NCBI GenBank assembly: GCA_041640655.1
Contig: JBEPZV010000005.1
Span: 32,001-96,000 of the forward strand
Length of the DNA stretch: 64,000 bases
Origin: a bacterium
Lineage (GTDB): Bacteria; Acidobacteriota; Blastocatellia; HR10
Direction of reading: 5' to 3'
Part shown: in pieces, positions 42,267 through 52,237 of the stretch
Numbering within the stretch: the first letter of the stretch is position 1
Layout: each line of letters starts with the position of its first letter
The notes under the pieces: model-generated
What the model saw: only the letters and a program-made list of their open reading frames with translations
What the model was told of the DNA's origin: nothing
Databases searched by the model: none
Position numbers and translations under genes: made by a program

Positions 42267-44605
42267 AGGTTGAGCACCTCTCGAATGCGACTGGTGACCT
42301 CTTCGATGTCGAACGGCTTCACGATGTACGCCTCCGCTCCGACTTCAAGTCCCCAGAACCGATCGCTCGCCTGCGAGCGCGCCGTCAGCATGAGGATCGG
42401 AATATGGCGCGTTCGCTCGTCGGCCTTCAGCCGCTGGCACACCTGATAGCCGTTGATGTCCGGGAGCATGATGTCCAGGATGATCGCATCCGGGAGCAGC
42501 TCACTCGCCTTGCGCAACGCGTCCATCCCCGTATACGCCGCTTCGCACGCGAACCCCTCGCTCTGCAGATGGAAGGTCAGCGTCTCGACCATATCGGGTT
42601 CGTCTTCGACGATGAGGATCCTGGGCTTTCGCTCGCGCTGAACCTCAGCCGGGAGCAAGATGGAGAAGCAACTGCCTTTCCCAACCTGGCTCTCCACCCA
42701 GATCCGCCCCTTGTGGGCTTCCACCAGCGCCTTCGTGATCGCCAGTCCCAGGCCCGCTCCCTGTCCTTGAGCCGTCGGCCCGCGATAGTAGCCCTCGAAG
42801 ATGCGTTCGCGCGCCTCCTCCGGAATGCCGATGCCCGTATCCGCGACGTCCACACGAACCCAGGCGGCCTCGGGATCGGCCGGGTCCGTGTACGGCATGG
42901 CGCGAACCCACACGCGTCCGCCCTCGGCCGTGAACTTGATCGCATTCTGCAAGAGATTGTCGAGGATCTGCTCCAATCGCCTCGCATCCGCATAGACCTT
43001 GGGGAGCGGCCCATCGAGCTGCTTCTCCAGCGTGATCCGCTTCTGCTCGGCGAGGGGGTGAAAGGTCTGCAGCACAGCATCCAGGATGGGCTCCAGATCC
43101 AACAGCTCAATTTCCAGCTCGAGCTTCCCCCGCCGAATGCGATCCAGATCCAAGATGGTGTCCAGAAGGGAGGCCAGTTTGTCGGCATTCTTGTTGGCGA
43201 TCGAGAGGAAGCGCGACTGCTCCGGCGTCAGAGCGCCCGCCTTTTGGGCGAGCATGATACTGAGGGCATTCTTGATGAGCGATAAGGGGGTTCGCAGATC
43301 GTGCGAGATTTGCGAGAGCAAGTCTTGCCGCATCCGGTCCAGCTCCCTCTCCCGCGTCACATCGTGGAAGGTGAAGACCGTCCCCCAGGGCTCTCCCGTC
43401 CGGCCGCGGACGCGACTGACGTTGACCTTCACGATCCGCGGAGCGGGCGTCTCCACACGGTATTCGAAGTTGCGTGGCTCCTCGCGCTCCTCCTGCAGCA
43501 GGTCACATAGGCCCAGTTCCGCGCAGCGGGCCAGAAATTGCTCCGCCGTCGCATCGCCCCCCAGGCCTAAGATCTCCTTCGCCGCTCGATTGATCACCCG
43601 CACCTGACGCGCCTCATCAACCATGACGACGCCCTCGCTCATGCTCTCCAGCATCGCGCTGATCTTCTCATGCTCGGCAGTCGCCATCTCGCGCAATCGG
43701 CGGAGCGAGGTCACCAGTTGATTCGTGACGATGCGCGCGAAGGCCTCCTCTTCGGGCGTGAACGCTTCCGCTTGCGCGCGGGTGAGGCAGAGGAGGCCGA
43801 GGATCTCTCCGTCCTCCTTCAGAGGAAGGCTCAGGAAGGCCTGAGGGTCCTCACGAACCAGGACCTGGCTCGGGAGGGTCCCGGGTTCGAGCACGCGGAC
43901 AGTCGCCTCCGCCTCCAGAGGCCGAAACTCCCGCAGGCTCTCCAGCGCGCGGTGCTTCACGCGTTCGAGAAAGACCTGGCTCACCGCATGACGGGGGATC
44001 ATCACCAGCTCCGCCGACGGCTCGGCGAGCAACACGCTCAGCACATCATACGAGATCGCTCGAGCCAACGCTTCCGCGATCACCAGGAACAACTGGTGCG
44101 GCTCGAGCACGCGATTGAGCGACGCCGTCAGTTCGTACAAGAGATGGAGCTCGGCGATACGCTTCTCCAGCATCTGGAGCAATCGCTTCTTCTCTTTCTG
44201 CAGGCGCCACCGATCGAGCGCGCGCGTCGCCACCTTGAGTAGTTGCGCGTGGTCGAAGGGCTTCGCGATGTAATCATAGGCGCCTCGCCGCACGGCCTCA
44301 ATGGCCGTCTCCAAAGAGGCGTATCCAGTGATGAGGATGACCTCGGTCTCCGGGCTCTGCTCCTTGATCTGCGTGAGCAGCCGTAGGCCGTCAAGGCCGG
44401 GGAGATTGATGTCCACGATCGCCAGGGCGATCTCCCCACGCTCCATGAGGCTCAGCGCCTCCGCCCCATCCGACGCCGTGAGCAGACGGGTGATGCCCAA
44501 ATCCGCCCAGTCCTTCACCTCCGGGGCGGCGAGCAACCCTTTCAGAAGCTCCTTCAGCAGGGCCCTGATGCTCTCCTCATCGTCAACGATCAAGATAGCA
44601 CCCAT
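42263..44605 (-). CDS. Hybrid histidine kinase REC-GAF-PAS-HisKA-HATPase-REC
   Basis: N-terminal REC (ILIVDDE, IVDINLP), GAF, PAS (SMSEGV), SHDLRTPL, NLLQNAIKF, DTGIGI, GAGLGL, C-terminal REC (LDIMLP); GGAGG RBS. Confidence 0.92.
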   Translation of the reverse strand: MGAILIVDDEESIRALLKELLKGLLAAPEVKDWADLGITRLLTASDGAEALSLMERGEIALAIVDINLPGLDGLRLLTQIKEQSPETEVILITGYASLETAIEAVRRGAYDYIAKPFDHAQLLKVATRALDRWRLQKEKKRLLQMLEKRIAELHLLYELTASLNRVLEPHQLFLVIAEALARAISYDVLSVLLAEPSAELVMIPRHAVSQVFLERVKHRALESLREFRPLEAEATVRVLEPGTLPSQVLVREDPQAFLSLPLKEDGEILGLLCLTRAQAEAFTPEEEAFARIVTNQLVTSLRRLREMATAEHEKISAMLESMSEGVVMVDEARQVRVINRAAKEILGLGGDATAEQFLARCAELGLCDLLQEEREEPRNFEYRVETPAPRIVKVNVSRVRGRTGEPWGTVFTFHDVTRERELDRMRQDLLSQISHDLRTPLSLIKNALSIMLAQKAGALTPEQSRFLSIANKNADKLASLLDTILDLDRIRRGKLELEIELLDLEPILDAVLQTFHPLAEQKRITLEKQLDGPLPKVYADARRLEQILDNLLQNAIKFTAEGGRVWVRAMPYTDPADPEAAWVRVDVADTGIGIPEEARERIFEGYYRGPTAQGQGAGLGLAITKALVEAHKGRIWVESQVGKGSCFSILLPAEVQRERKPRILIVEDEPDMVETLTFHLQSEGFACEAAYTGMDALRKASELLPDAIILDIMLPDINGYQVCQRLKADERTRHIPILMLTARSQASDRFWGLEVGAEAYIVKPFDIEEVTSRIREVLNL

Positions 44606-44788
44606 CCACGTCCCTCCTGTCGCCTCCATTGTATTTTGGATCTCCAGACGTGTGCAAGCGAGGGGGGAAGGGCTTTTCTCCCTCTTCAGGGGGGAGATCG
44701 GCGACGTCAAGGGGTGACGCATCCGCGGGAACGTTGGCCCCTGGCGTCATGGGGGTCTTGGGGGCAAGGGGGATCCGATCGCATGATA

Positions 44789-44865
44789 TGGCGCCCCGAG
44801 CGGGACTCGAACCCACAACCTACGGCTTAGAAGGCCGTTGCTCTTTCCAGTTGAGCTATCGGGGC
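44789..44865 (-). tRNA. tRNA-Arg (anticodon TCT)
   Basis: GCCCCGA acceptor stem, anticodon arm ACGGC-CTTCTAA-GCCGT, GGTTCGAGTCC, encoded CCA. Confidence 0.96.
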
Positions 44866-44926
44866 ACGTTGCAAAGATAGCACGCCATCGTGGCTTCTGT
44901 CGAGTGAGGGGTGCGCCCGACGCGCA

Positions 44927-45004
44927 TGGTCGGGGCGGGCGGATTTGAACCGCCGACCTCCTGCTCCCAAGGCAGGCGCGCTCGCCAGGCTGCGCCACGC
45001 CCCG
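44927..45004 (-). tRNA. tRNA-Pro (anticodon TGG)
   Basis: CGGGGCG acceptor stem, anticodon arm CCTGC-CTTGGGA-GCAGG, GGTTCAAATCC, encoded CCA. Confidence 0.96.
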
Positions 45005-45021
45005 ATGGATGAGCCTTTAAT

Positions 45022-45897
45022 CTAGCGAATCTCCCGGGGCCTGTCAAACGAGGGACCTGTGGGGTGCCCGGCGTGACCTTCCCAAGCGGACGCGCGCATG
45101 CGCAGCAAGACGTGCGCCAGGCGGGCCAGCTCCTCAAGGGTGAGCGTCTCAGCGCGACGGGTGGGATCGAGATCGGCGAGCTGCAGGGCCGACGTCACCT
45201 CCTCCACCTGAAGTCGAGCCGCCGCGCGTTTGAGATTGTTCGCGATCGTCTTGCGACGTTCGGCGAAGAGCACGCTGACCATCGTGAAGAAGAAGCGTTC
45301 GTCCGGGACATGCACCGCAGGGCGCTCGCGCACGCGGAGGTGGACGACCGTCGAGAAGACCTTGGGCGGCGGCTGAAAGGCGCCCGGCGGGACGGTGAAC
45401 AGACGCCGGCCTTCGCAGGAGTATTGGACGAGGATGGAGAGATAGCCGTAGAGTTTGCTCCCGGGAGGACTCAAGATGCGATCGGCGACTTCCCGCTGCA
45501 GCATCACGGTCATGTCGCGCAGCCGCGCCCGAAAGCCGAGCAGGTGTTGGAGGATGGCCGTCGCGATGTTATACGGGAGATTGCCGAAGACGCGGACCGG
45601 AACCGTGATCCCCTCCCGGTCGAGGAGTTCGGCGAGGTCGAGTTTCAGGATGTCCCCGACAATGAGGGTGACCTTCTCTGCGGGCCATCGGCCAGCGAGG
45701 TCTCGGACGAGCGCTTCATCAATCTCAACGGCGAGGACGCGCGCCGCGCGCTCGCTCAGGAGCCGGGTCAGAGCGCCGCGTCCTGGCCCGATCTCCAGGA
45801 CGACGTCTTCGGGACGAAGCTCAGCGGCTTCCACGATTCGGCGGCCGATACGGGGATCGGTCAGGAAATGCTGTCCGAGTCGCTTTCGGGCGCGCAT
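45022..45897 (-). CDS. rsmA: 16S rRNA m6,2A dimethyltransferase
   Basis: KRLGQHFL, LEIGPGRG, GNLPYNI, MLQREVA, FQPPPKV, RAETL. Confidence 0.96.
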   Translation of the reverse strand: MRARKRLGQHFLTDPRIGRRIVEAAELRPEDVVLEIGPGRGALTRLLSERAARVLAVEIDEALVRDLAGRWPAEKVTLIVGDILKLDLAELLDREGITVPVRVFGNLPYNIATAILQHLLGFRARLRDMTVMLQREVADRILSPPGSKLYGYLSILVQYSCEGRRLFTVPPGAFQPPPKVFSTVVHLRVRERPAVHVPDERFFFTMVSVLFAERRKTIANNLKRAAARLQVEEVTSALQLADLDPTRRAETLTLEELARLAHVLLRMRASAWEGHAGHPTGPSFDRPREIR

Positions 45898-45925
45898 CGT
45901 CCCCGTCCCGTGTGCATGGAAGCGA

Positions 45926-47098
45926 TCACGTCTGCGGATAAGCCGTGATCATCACGTCTTCCCCTGAGCGCGCGAGGCTCGCGATTCGCATCGGGAGCGC
46001 GCGCTCGAGCGTCGTGATGTCATCGCCGCCGATGGCCGGGATGGCGTGCCGTCCGCCGATGATCTTCGGCGCGATGAAGAGCGTCACTTTATCGGCGAGC
46101 CCCTGCTGCAAGAAGGCGGCGTGAACTTCCGCCCCCCCTTCAACCAGAAGGCTTGTGATCTCGCGGCGGCCGAGTTCCTCCAGGACGGCGCGCAGGTCCA
46201 CGCGCCCGGCGCGCGCAGGGACCGCGATGACCGAAGCCCCGAGCTGCGTCAAGGGCTGCGCCGCCTCTGCGGACGGCTCAGTCGTGAAGATCCACAAGGG
46301 CCATTGTCGAGCCGTCTGCACGAGCTTCGATGTGAGGGGGATGCGCAGGCGCGAATCCAGGACGACGCGCACCACGGGCCGATGACGCGGGCGATTCAGG
46401 CGAACGCTCAGCTCCGGATCGTCGGCGAGCACGGTCCCGATGCCGACCAAAATGGCATCCGATTCGTAGCGGAGATGTTGCACGGCCTGACGCGAGGCCT
46501 CGCCCGTGATCCATCGAGAGTGACCGGAGGCAGTGGCGATCCGGCCGTCCAAACTCATCGCGATCTTCAAGTGCACGAAGGGGCGCCCTGAGGTGATGTA
46601 TCGGATGAACGCCTCGTTCAACTGTCGCGCCTCGGCCTCAGCGATCCCGACCTCCACGCGGATGCCCGCGCGCCGCAGCGCTTCGAAGCCGCGTCCGCAA
46701 ACCCGAGGATTCGGATCCTCCATGGAGGCGACGACACGCGCGATGCCGGCGCGAATGATGGCGTCGGTACACGGAGGCGTGCGCCCGTAATGGCAGCACG
46801 GTTCCAGATTCGTGTAGAGCGTCGCCCCCCGCGCGTGTTCTCCCGCTTCTTCCAGGGCGAGCGCTTCGGCGTGCTTGACCCCGGCATACCGATGGACGCC
46901 GCGCCCGACGATGCGCCCATCTTTGACGACGAGGGCGCCGACCATGGGATTGGGGCTGACTTCGCCTCTGGCCGAGGCCGCCAGCTCCAAGGCCAGGCGG
47001 ATGTAGTCTTCATCCGTAGGAGCTGACGCGGTCGAGAGCGGGAGCCCATGGGTGACGCTCGCGCGCCAAAGACTCGGTTGATTGACACTCACCGACAT
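45926..47098 (-). CDS. ribD: Riboflavin biosynthesis deaminase/reductase
   Basis: PNPMVG, HAE, LEPCCHYGRTPPC, SLDGRIA, VEGG. Start uncertain (47098 or 47107). Confidence 0.95.
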   Translation of the reverse strand: MSVSVNQPSLWRASVTHGLPLSTASAPTDEDYIRLALELAASARGEVSPNPMVGALVVKDGRIVGRGVHRYAGVKHAEALALEEAGEHARGATLYTNLEPCCHYGRTPPCTDAIIRAGIARVVASMEDPNPRVCGRGFEALRRAGIRVEVGIAEAEARQLNEAFIRYITSGRPFVHLKIAMSLDGRIATASGHSRWITGEASRQAVQHLRYESDAILVGIGTVLADDPELSVRLNRPRHRPVVRVVLDSRLRIPLTSKLVQTARQWPLWIFTTEPSAEAAQPLTQLGASVIAVPARAGRVDLRAVLEELGRREITSLLVEGGAEVHAAFLQQGLADKVTLFIAPKIIGGRHAIPAIGGDDITTLERALPMRIASLARSGEDVMITAYPQT

Positions 47099-47116
47099 TA
47101 CGGTCACAATTATACT
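47082..47116. promoter_or_regulatory. Overlapping divergent promoters for ribD and radA
   Basis: Plus strand TTGACA (47082-47087)-N17-CACAAT, with TATACT at 47111-47116; minus strand TATAAT at 47114-47109. Confidence 0.5.
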
Positions 47117-47148
47117 GATCCGACTGCCGAAGGAGCAACGAACGGAAC

Positions 47149-48519
47149 GTGGCGAGGAGCCAAAAGAGCGTTTACGTTTGCCAGCACTGCGGATACCAAT
47201 CGCCCAAGTGGTTGGGGAGATGTCCGACCTGCGGGGAGTGGCATTCGCTCGTTGAAGAACGCGAACCGTCGTCAGAGGGGGAGCGGCATCGTCTCGCGCG
47301 CGCGGGTCGTGCGACGCCGAAATCCTACGTGGAGATCGCGCAGCAGGCGGACGTTCGCTGGAGCAGCGGTCTCCCCGAATTCGACCGCGTGCTCGGAGGG
47401 GGGATCGTCCCCGGAAGCGTCGTGCTCGTGGGGGGCGATCCGGGGATCGGCAAGAGCACCCTGCTGCTGCAGGTCGCCGATCAGCTGACGCGGCGGTATG
47501 GAGCGGTGCTCTATGTCTCCGGTGAAGAGTCGGAGCGGCAGATCAAGATGCGGGGGGAGCGATTGGGGCTGGAGGCGCGAGCGCTGTATGTGCTGACCGA
47601 GACCTGCCTGGAATCGGTGTGCGAGGCGATCGAGACGTTGCGCCCTTCGGCGGCCGTCATTGACTCGATCCAGACGATCTTCTCCGAGACGCTCGAATCG
47701 GTGCCGGGCAGCCTCACGCAGGTGCGCGAGGCCGCGACGCGATTCCTCCTGCTGGCCAAGAGCTACGAGATCCCCATCTTCCTGATCGGGCACGTGACCA
47801 AGGAAGGCCTGATCGCCGGGCCGAAGGCACTCGAGCATATCGTGGACGCGGTGCTCTATTTCGAGGGGGAGCGCCATCAGAATCATCGGGTGATCCGCGC
47901 CGTGAAGAATCGCTATGGGGCGACCAATGAGGTGGGGGTCTTCGAGATGACGTCGCAGGGATTGATTCCGGTCGCCAATCCCTCGGCCATGTTCCTGAGC
48001 GAGCGCCCGGTGGGCGTCTCGGGATCGGTCGTCTCGGCCTGCCTGGAGGGGACGCGCCCGATTCTGATCGAGCTGCAAGCCCTGGTGGGACCGAGCGGCT
48101 ATGGGGCGGGACGGCGGATGACGCAGGGCGTAGACCCGTATCGAGTGGCGTTGCTGCTGGCCGTGCTAGAACGGCGCGCGGGATTTCAGTTGGTCGGCTG
48201 CGATGTCTTCGTCAACGTCGCCGGAGGGATCACCGTGGATGAGCCCGCTGTGGATCTGGCCATCGTCGCCGCCGTCGCCTCCAGCTTCCGGAATGTGGCG
48301 CTGGATGCGCACACGGTCATCTTCGGAGAAGTCGGATTGGCCGGAGAGGTGCGGGCCGTCTCCGCAGCCGCCGCGCGCGCCCGCGAGGCTGCTCAGATGG
48401 GCTTCCGCCGCCTCATCCTGCCGGAGAATAATCGCCGGAGCGTGGAGGCTCCGGCCACATTGGAGGTCATCGGCGTGCGCTCGATCTTCGAAGCTCTCGA
48501 GCTGGTGGTATCGGAATGA
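47149..48519 (+). CDS. radA: DNA repair protein RadA/Sms
   Basis: CQHCG...CPTC zinc finger, GDPGIGKST, IDSIQT, KNRYG. Confidence 0.97.
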   Translation: MARSQKSVYVCQHCGYQSPKWLGRCPTCGEWHSLVEEREPSSEGERHRLARAGRATPKSYVEIAQQADVRWSSGLPEFDRVLGGGIVPGSVVLVGGDPGIGKSTLLLQVADQLTRRYGAVLYVSGEESERQIKMRGERLGLEARALYVLTETCLESVCEAIETLRPSAAVIDSIQTIFSETLESVPGSLTQVREAATRFLLLAKSYEIPIFLIGHVTKEGLIAGPKALEHIVDAVLYFEGERHQNHRVIRAVKNRYGATNEVGVFEMTSQGLIPVANPSAMFLSERPVGVSGSVVSACLEGTRPILIELQALVGPSGYGAGRRMTQGVDPYRVALLLAVLERRAGFQLVGCDVFVNVAGGITVDEPAVDLAIVAAVASSFRNVALDAHTVIFGEVGLAGEVRAVSAAAARAREAAQMGFRRLILPENNRRSVEAPATLEVIGVRSIFEALELVVSE

Positions 48520-48594
48520 GCGAGGGGGCGTCGAGCGCTCGCCCTCGCATTCGGATCGCCATGCCCTGACGGTATGGCGATTGGAGGGAGCAGA

Positions 48595-49638
48595 ATGAGG
48601 GTGAATACGGATGTCCTCTTGATTCGAATCATCTTCACGGCGATGCTCATCGCGGCGGGGTACTTCCTTCGCCCCATCTCTCATGACGCGCGTCTCTCGG
48701 GGGGGGTGGCCGGAGCCCTGGCGCTGGCCATCATCTTCTTCGAGACGCGCGTGCGTCGGGCCTCGTTGAAGACGCTGATCGGAGCGGCCATGGGATCCAT
48801 TCTCGGCATCATCGGCGCAACGCTCATCGGTTTCCTCATCACCGTTCAGGGCGCCTTGCCCTCGGACGTGCGCGCCTACGTGACGTTGGCGTTGCTGCTG
48901 CTGATGGCGTATGTGGGCCTGATGGTCGGCGCCGCCAAGGGGGAGTTCCTCGATCTCTCGGCGCTGGGCGGGTTCGTGCGCGAGCGCAGTTCGCGGAATG
49001 TGAAGATCCTCGATACGAGCGTCATCATTGATGGGCGCATTGCGGACATCGTGGAGACGGGATTCCTCGAGGGCGTGCTCGTGATCCCGAATTTCATCCT
49101 CCGGGAGTTGCAACAGATCGCCGATTCCCCGGATGCGCACAAGCGCAATCGCGGTCGGCGGGGATTGGACATCTTGCAGCGGTTGCAGACCAAGCATGGG
49201 GTCACGGTTCAATTCTCCGAGGTTGATTTCCCCGAGCTTCGGGATGTGGATCAGAAGCTCATCGAGTTGGCCAAGCAGTTGGGGGCCAAGATCGTGACCA
49301 ACGATTTCAACCTCAACAAGGTGGCGCAACTGCGAGGCGTCGAGGTCTTGAACATCAACGAGCTGGCCAATGCGTTGAAGCCCGTGGTCTTGCCCGGCGA
49401 GACGATGCGCGTCTTCATCCTCAAGGAGGGGAAGGAGGCCAATCAGGGCGTCGCGTATCTGGACGATGGGACGATGGTCGTCGTGGATAACGCTCGCAAG
49501 ATGATCGGCAAGACCATCGAGGCGACGGTGACCAGCGTCTTGCAGACGACGGCGGGGAAGATGATCTTCGGGCGATACGTCGAGGACGCGCGTTCGACGC
49601 GAGGTTCGCGGTCCTCGCATGTGGCCGAGGAACCCTGA
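48595..49638 (+). CDS. Membrane PIN/TRAM domain protein (YacL-like)
   Basis: Four TMs; ILDTSVIIDGRI, RGRRGLD, TNDFNLNKVA, QGVAYLDDGTMVVV. Confidence 0.92.
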   Translation: MRVNTDVLLIRIIFTAMLIAAGYFLRPISHDARLSGGVAGALALAIIFFETRVRRASLKTLIGAAMGSILGIIGATLIGFLITVQGALPSDVRAYVTLALLLLMAYVGLMVGAAKGEFLDLSALGGFVRERSSRNVKILDTSVIIDGRIADIVETGFLEGVLVIPNFILRELQQIADSPDAHKRNRGRRGLDILQRLQTKHGVTVQFSEVDFPELRDVDQKLIELAKQLGAKIVTNDFNLNKVAQLRGVEVLNINELANALKPVVLPGETMRVFILKEGKEANQGVAYLDDGTMVVVDNARKMIGKTIEATVTSVLQTTAGKMIFGRYVEDARSTRGSRSSHVAEEP

Positions 49639-49666
49639 GCGTCTCCGAAGCGGGGTCGGGGCGGGT

Positions 49667-50365
49667 GTGAGTCAGAGCACCGTCGCCATCATCGTCGCTG
49701 CGGGACGAGGGCGGAGGATGGGCGCGGAGGTCCCGAAGGCGTTCCTCTCGTTGCTGGGGGAGCCGATTCTGCTTCGTGCGCTGCGACCATTTGAGGCGTG
49801 CGCGGACGTGCATCGGGTGCTCGTCGTTGTGCCGGAGGAGCTGTGCTCGCGCGCCGAGGAGATGCTCGGCTCGGCTTCGGTGACGAAACTCGAGGCCGTG
49901 ATCGCGGGCGGGCCAGAACGGACGCATTCGGTCTTTCGCGCCTTGCGGGCGATCCCGCATGACGTCGCTGACATCATCCTCGTTCATGATGGCGTTCGGC
50001 CCTTCGTGACGCCTGAGGAGATCGCGCGCGTCATCGCGCGCGCGCGGACCAGTGGAGCGGCCATCTTGGCCGTTCCTCTCGCTGAGACGGTCAAGGAGGT
50101 TGAGGACGAGCGCATCGTCAGCACCCTGGATCGTCGTCGCCTCTATCTGGCGCAAACGCCGCAAGCGTTCCGCGCGACGCTCCTTCGGGAGGCGTATGAG
50201 CGCGCCATGCGGGAGGGGATCGTGGCGACCGATGACGCTGCACTCGTCGAACGCTGCGGATGGCCGGTCTTCATCGTGGCGGGATCGGCGCGCAATCTGA
50301 AGATCACTTGGCCTGAGGACCTGTTCATGGCCGAAGCGCTGCTGCGCGCGCAGGAGGGGAGATGA
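49667..50365 (+). CDS. ispD: 2-C-methyl-D-erythritol 4-phosphate cytidylyltransferase
   Basis: AAGRGRRMG, VHDGVRP, AQTPQAF, TDDA, NLKIT. Confidence 0.95.
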   Translation: MSQSTVAIIVAAGRGRRMGAEVPKAFLSLLGEPILLRALRPFEACADVHRVLVVVPEELCSRAEEMLGSASVTKLEAVIAGGPERTHSVFRALRAIPHDVADIILVHDGVRPFVTPEEIARVIARARTSGAAILAVPLAETVKEVEDERIVSTLDRRRLYLAQTPQAFRATLLREAYERAMREGIVATDDAALVERCGWPVFIVAGSARNLKITWPEDLFMAEALLRAQEGR

Positions 50366-50847
50366 GCGAGCGCGTGGGCATGGGATACGACCTCCATCGC
50401 CTGGTCGAGGGACGACGGCTTGTCCTCGGGGGGATCGAGGTCCCATTCGCCAAGGGATTGGCGGGACATTCCGATGCCGACGTCGTCCTTCATAGCATCT
50501 GCGATGCGCTCCTGGGGGCCGCGGCGCTCGGCGATCTGGGACGACATTTTCCGGACACGGATCCGCGCTATGCAGGCATCAGCAGCGCGCGACTCCTGGA
50601 GACCGTTCTCGCGGAGATCACCCGTCGCGGATTCGAGATCGAGAACGTAGATGTGACGATCGTGGCCGAAGCGCCCCGACTCGCCCCGCTGCTGGGGGCG
50701 ATGCGTGAGCGCGTGGCCGAACTGCTGCGCATCTCGCCGGATCGGGTCAACATCAAGGCGAAGACCAACGAGGGCGTGGGGGCGATCGGTCGTGGGGAAG
50801 CCATCGCCGCCTATGCCGTGTGCCTGCTGCGCTGCGCCCAGACGTGA
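50362..50847 (+). CDS. ispF: MEcPP synthase
   Basis: GYDLH, GHSDADV, GDLGRHFPD, KAKTNEG. Confidence 0.96.
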   Translation: MSERVGMGYDLHRLVEGRRLVLGGIEVPFAKGLAGHSDADVVLHSICDALLGAAALGDLGRHFPDTDPRYAGISSARLLETVLAEITRRGFEIENVDVTIVAEAPRLAPLLGAMRERVAELLRISPDRVNIKAKTNEGVGAIGRGEAIAAYAVCLLRCAQT

Positions 50848-50856
50848 GGAGAGCCC

Positions 50857-52158
50857 ATGCGCGCCGTTGATCTCATCCGAAAGAAGCGGGAGGGACAGGC
50901 GCTCACGCCTGAGGAGATCGCGTTCCTCATTCGTGGCTACACGCGCGGGGAGATCCCCGACTATCAGATGGCGGCCTTTTTGATGGCGACCGTGTGGCGC
51001 GGCATGACGCCGGAGGAGACGCTGGCGCTGACGGAAGAGATGGTGCGTTCGGGGCGGACACTGGATCTGTCGCATCTGCCGGAAGCGAAAGTGGACAAGC
51101 ACAGCACCGGCGGCGTGGGCGATAAGACCTCGCTCGTGCTGACGCCGATCGTGGCCGCGGCCGGTGTGCGCGTGCCGATGATCTCCGGTCGTGGCCTGGC
51201 GCATACGGGCGGGACCCTCGATAAGCTGGAATCCATCCCGGGATTTCGCGTGCAGCTTCCTCTGGAGACGATTCGTCAGTTGGTCGAGCGCGTGGGCGCC
51301 GTGCTCGTCGGACAGAGCGAAGAGATCGTCCCGGCCGATCGCAAGCTCTATGCCCTGCGCGATGTCACGGCGACGGTGGATTGCGTCCCGTTGATCGTCG
51401 CCAGCATTATGAGCAAGAAGATCGCCGAGGGGATTGATGCGCTCGTGCTCGACGTCAAAGTGGGGAAGGGAGCGTTCATGAAGACCGAGGCGGAAGCGCG
51501 CGATCTGGCCGAGCGCCTGGTGGACGTCGGGCGGCGCCTGGGCAAGCGCGTGCGCGCACTGCTGACGGATATGAACCAGCCGCTTGGGCGCGCCGTCGGC
51601 AATGCCCTGGAGGTGATCGAGAGCCTGGAGACGTTGAAGGGGCGGGGCCCGGAGGACCTGCGCACGCTCTCCCTGGAATTGGCCGCGCACATGCTCGTTG
51701 TGGGCGATCGCGCCGCGGATTTGGATGGCGCGCGGCGGACTGCCGAGCGCCTCCTCCACAGCGGAGCCGCCTTGGAGAAATTCCGGCAGATCATTGAAGC
51801 CCAAGGCGGGGATCCGCGCGTCGTGGACGATTACGCGCGCTTGCCGCAGGCGCGATTCCGGTGGGACTATGTCGCGGAGACCGAGGGCGTGGTGAGCGAG
51901 GCCCATGCTGAGCGGCTCGGCCTGGCGACGATGCTGCTGGGCGCCGGACGCGAAACCCTTCACTCACCCATTGATCATGCCGTCGGTCTCATCGTTCACA
52001 AGAAGGTGGGTGAGCGCGTGGCGCGGGGCGAAGCGCTCTGCACGCTCTTGTACAACGACCCGGAGCGGCTTCGCCGAGCTCTGGAACATGTTCGCGCCGC
52101 ATTTGTTCTGGACGATTCCGCGCCGCCCTCCGATCCGTTGATCAGAGCCGTCTTATGA
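50857..52158 (+). CDS. pdp: Pyrimidine-nucleoside/thymidine phosphorylase
   Basis: DKHSTGGVGDK, SGRGLAHTGGTLDKLESIPG, ASIMSKK, GNALEV. Confidence 0.94.
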   Translation: MRAVDLIRKKREGQALTPEEIAFLIRGYTRGEIPDYQMAAFLMATVWRGMTPEETLALTEEMVRSGRTLDLSHLPEAKVDKHSTGGVGDKTSLVLTPIVAAAGVRVPMISGRGLAHTGGTLDKLESIPGFRVQLPLETIRQLVERVGAVLVGQSEEIVPADRKLYALRDVTATVDCVPLIVASIMSKKIAEGIDALVLDVKVGKGAFMKTEAEARDLAERLVDVGRRLGKRVRALLTDMNQPLGRAVGNALEVIESLETLKGRGPEDLRTLSLELAAHMLVVGDRAADLDGARRTAERLLHSGAALEKFRQIIEAQGGDPRVVDDYARLPQARFRWDYVAETEGVVSEAHAERLGLATMLLGAGRETLHSPIDHAVGLIVHKKVGERVARGEALCTLLYNDPERLRRALEHVRAAFVLDDSAPPSDPLIRAVL

Positions 52159-52237
52159 GGATTCACCTCGCCGGCCTCTCACCCCGCCCAAGTCTGACGC
52201 CATCTGGAGGGAGACCTCCACAATCTGAGGAGGGGGG

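Noticed and set aside
31530..44865. EPS operon as a genomic island integrated at tRNA-Arg
   Set aside because: No integrase, no duplicated tRNA 3' end found by eye at the far boundary, and no obvious compositional shift.
44629..45137. Short ORFs across the tRNA region
   Set aside because: They are explained by tRNA-Arg and tRNA-Pro.
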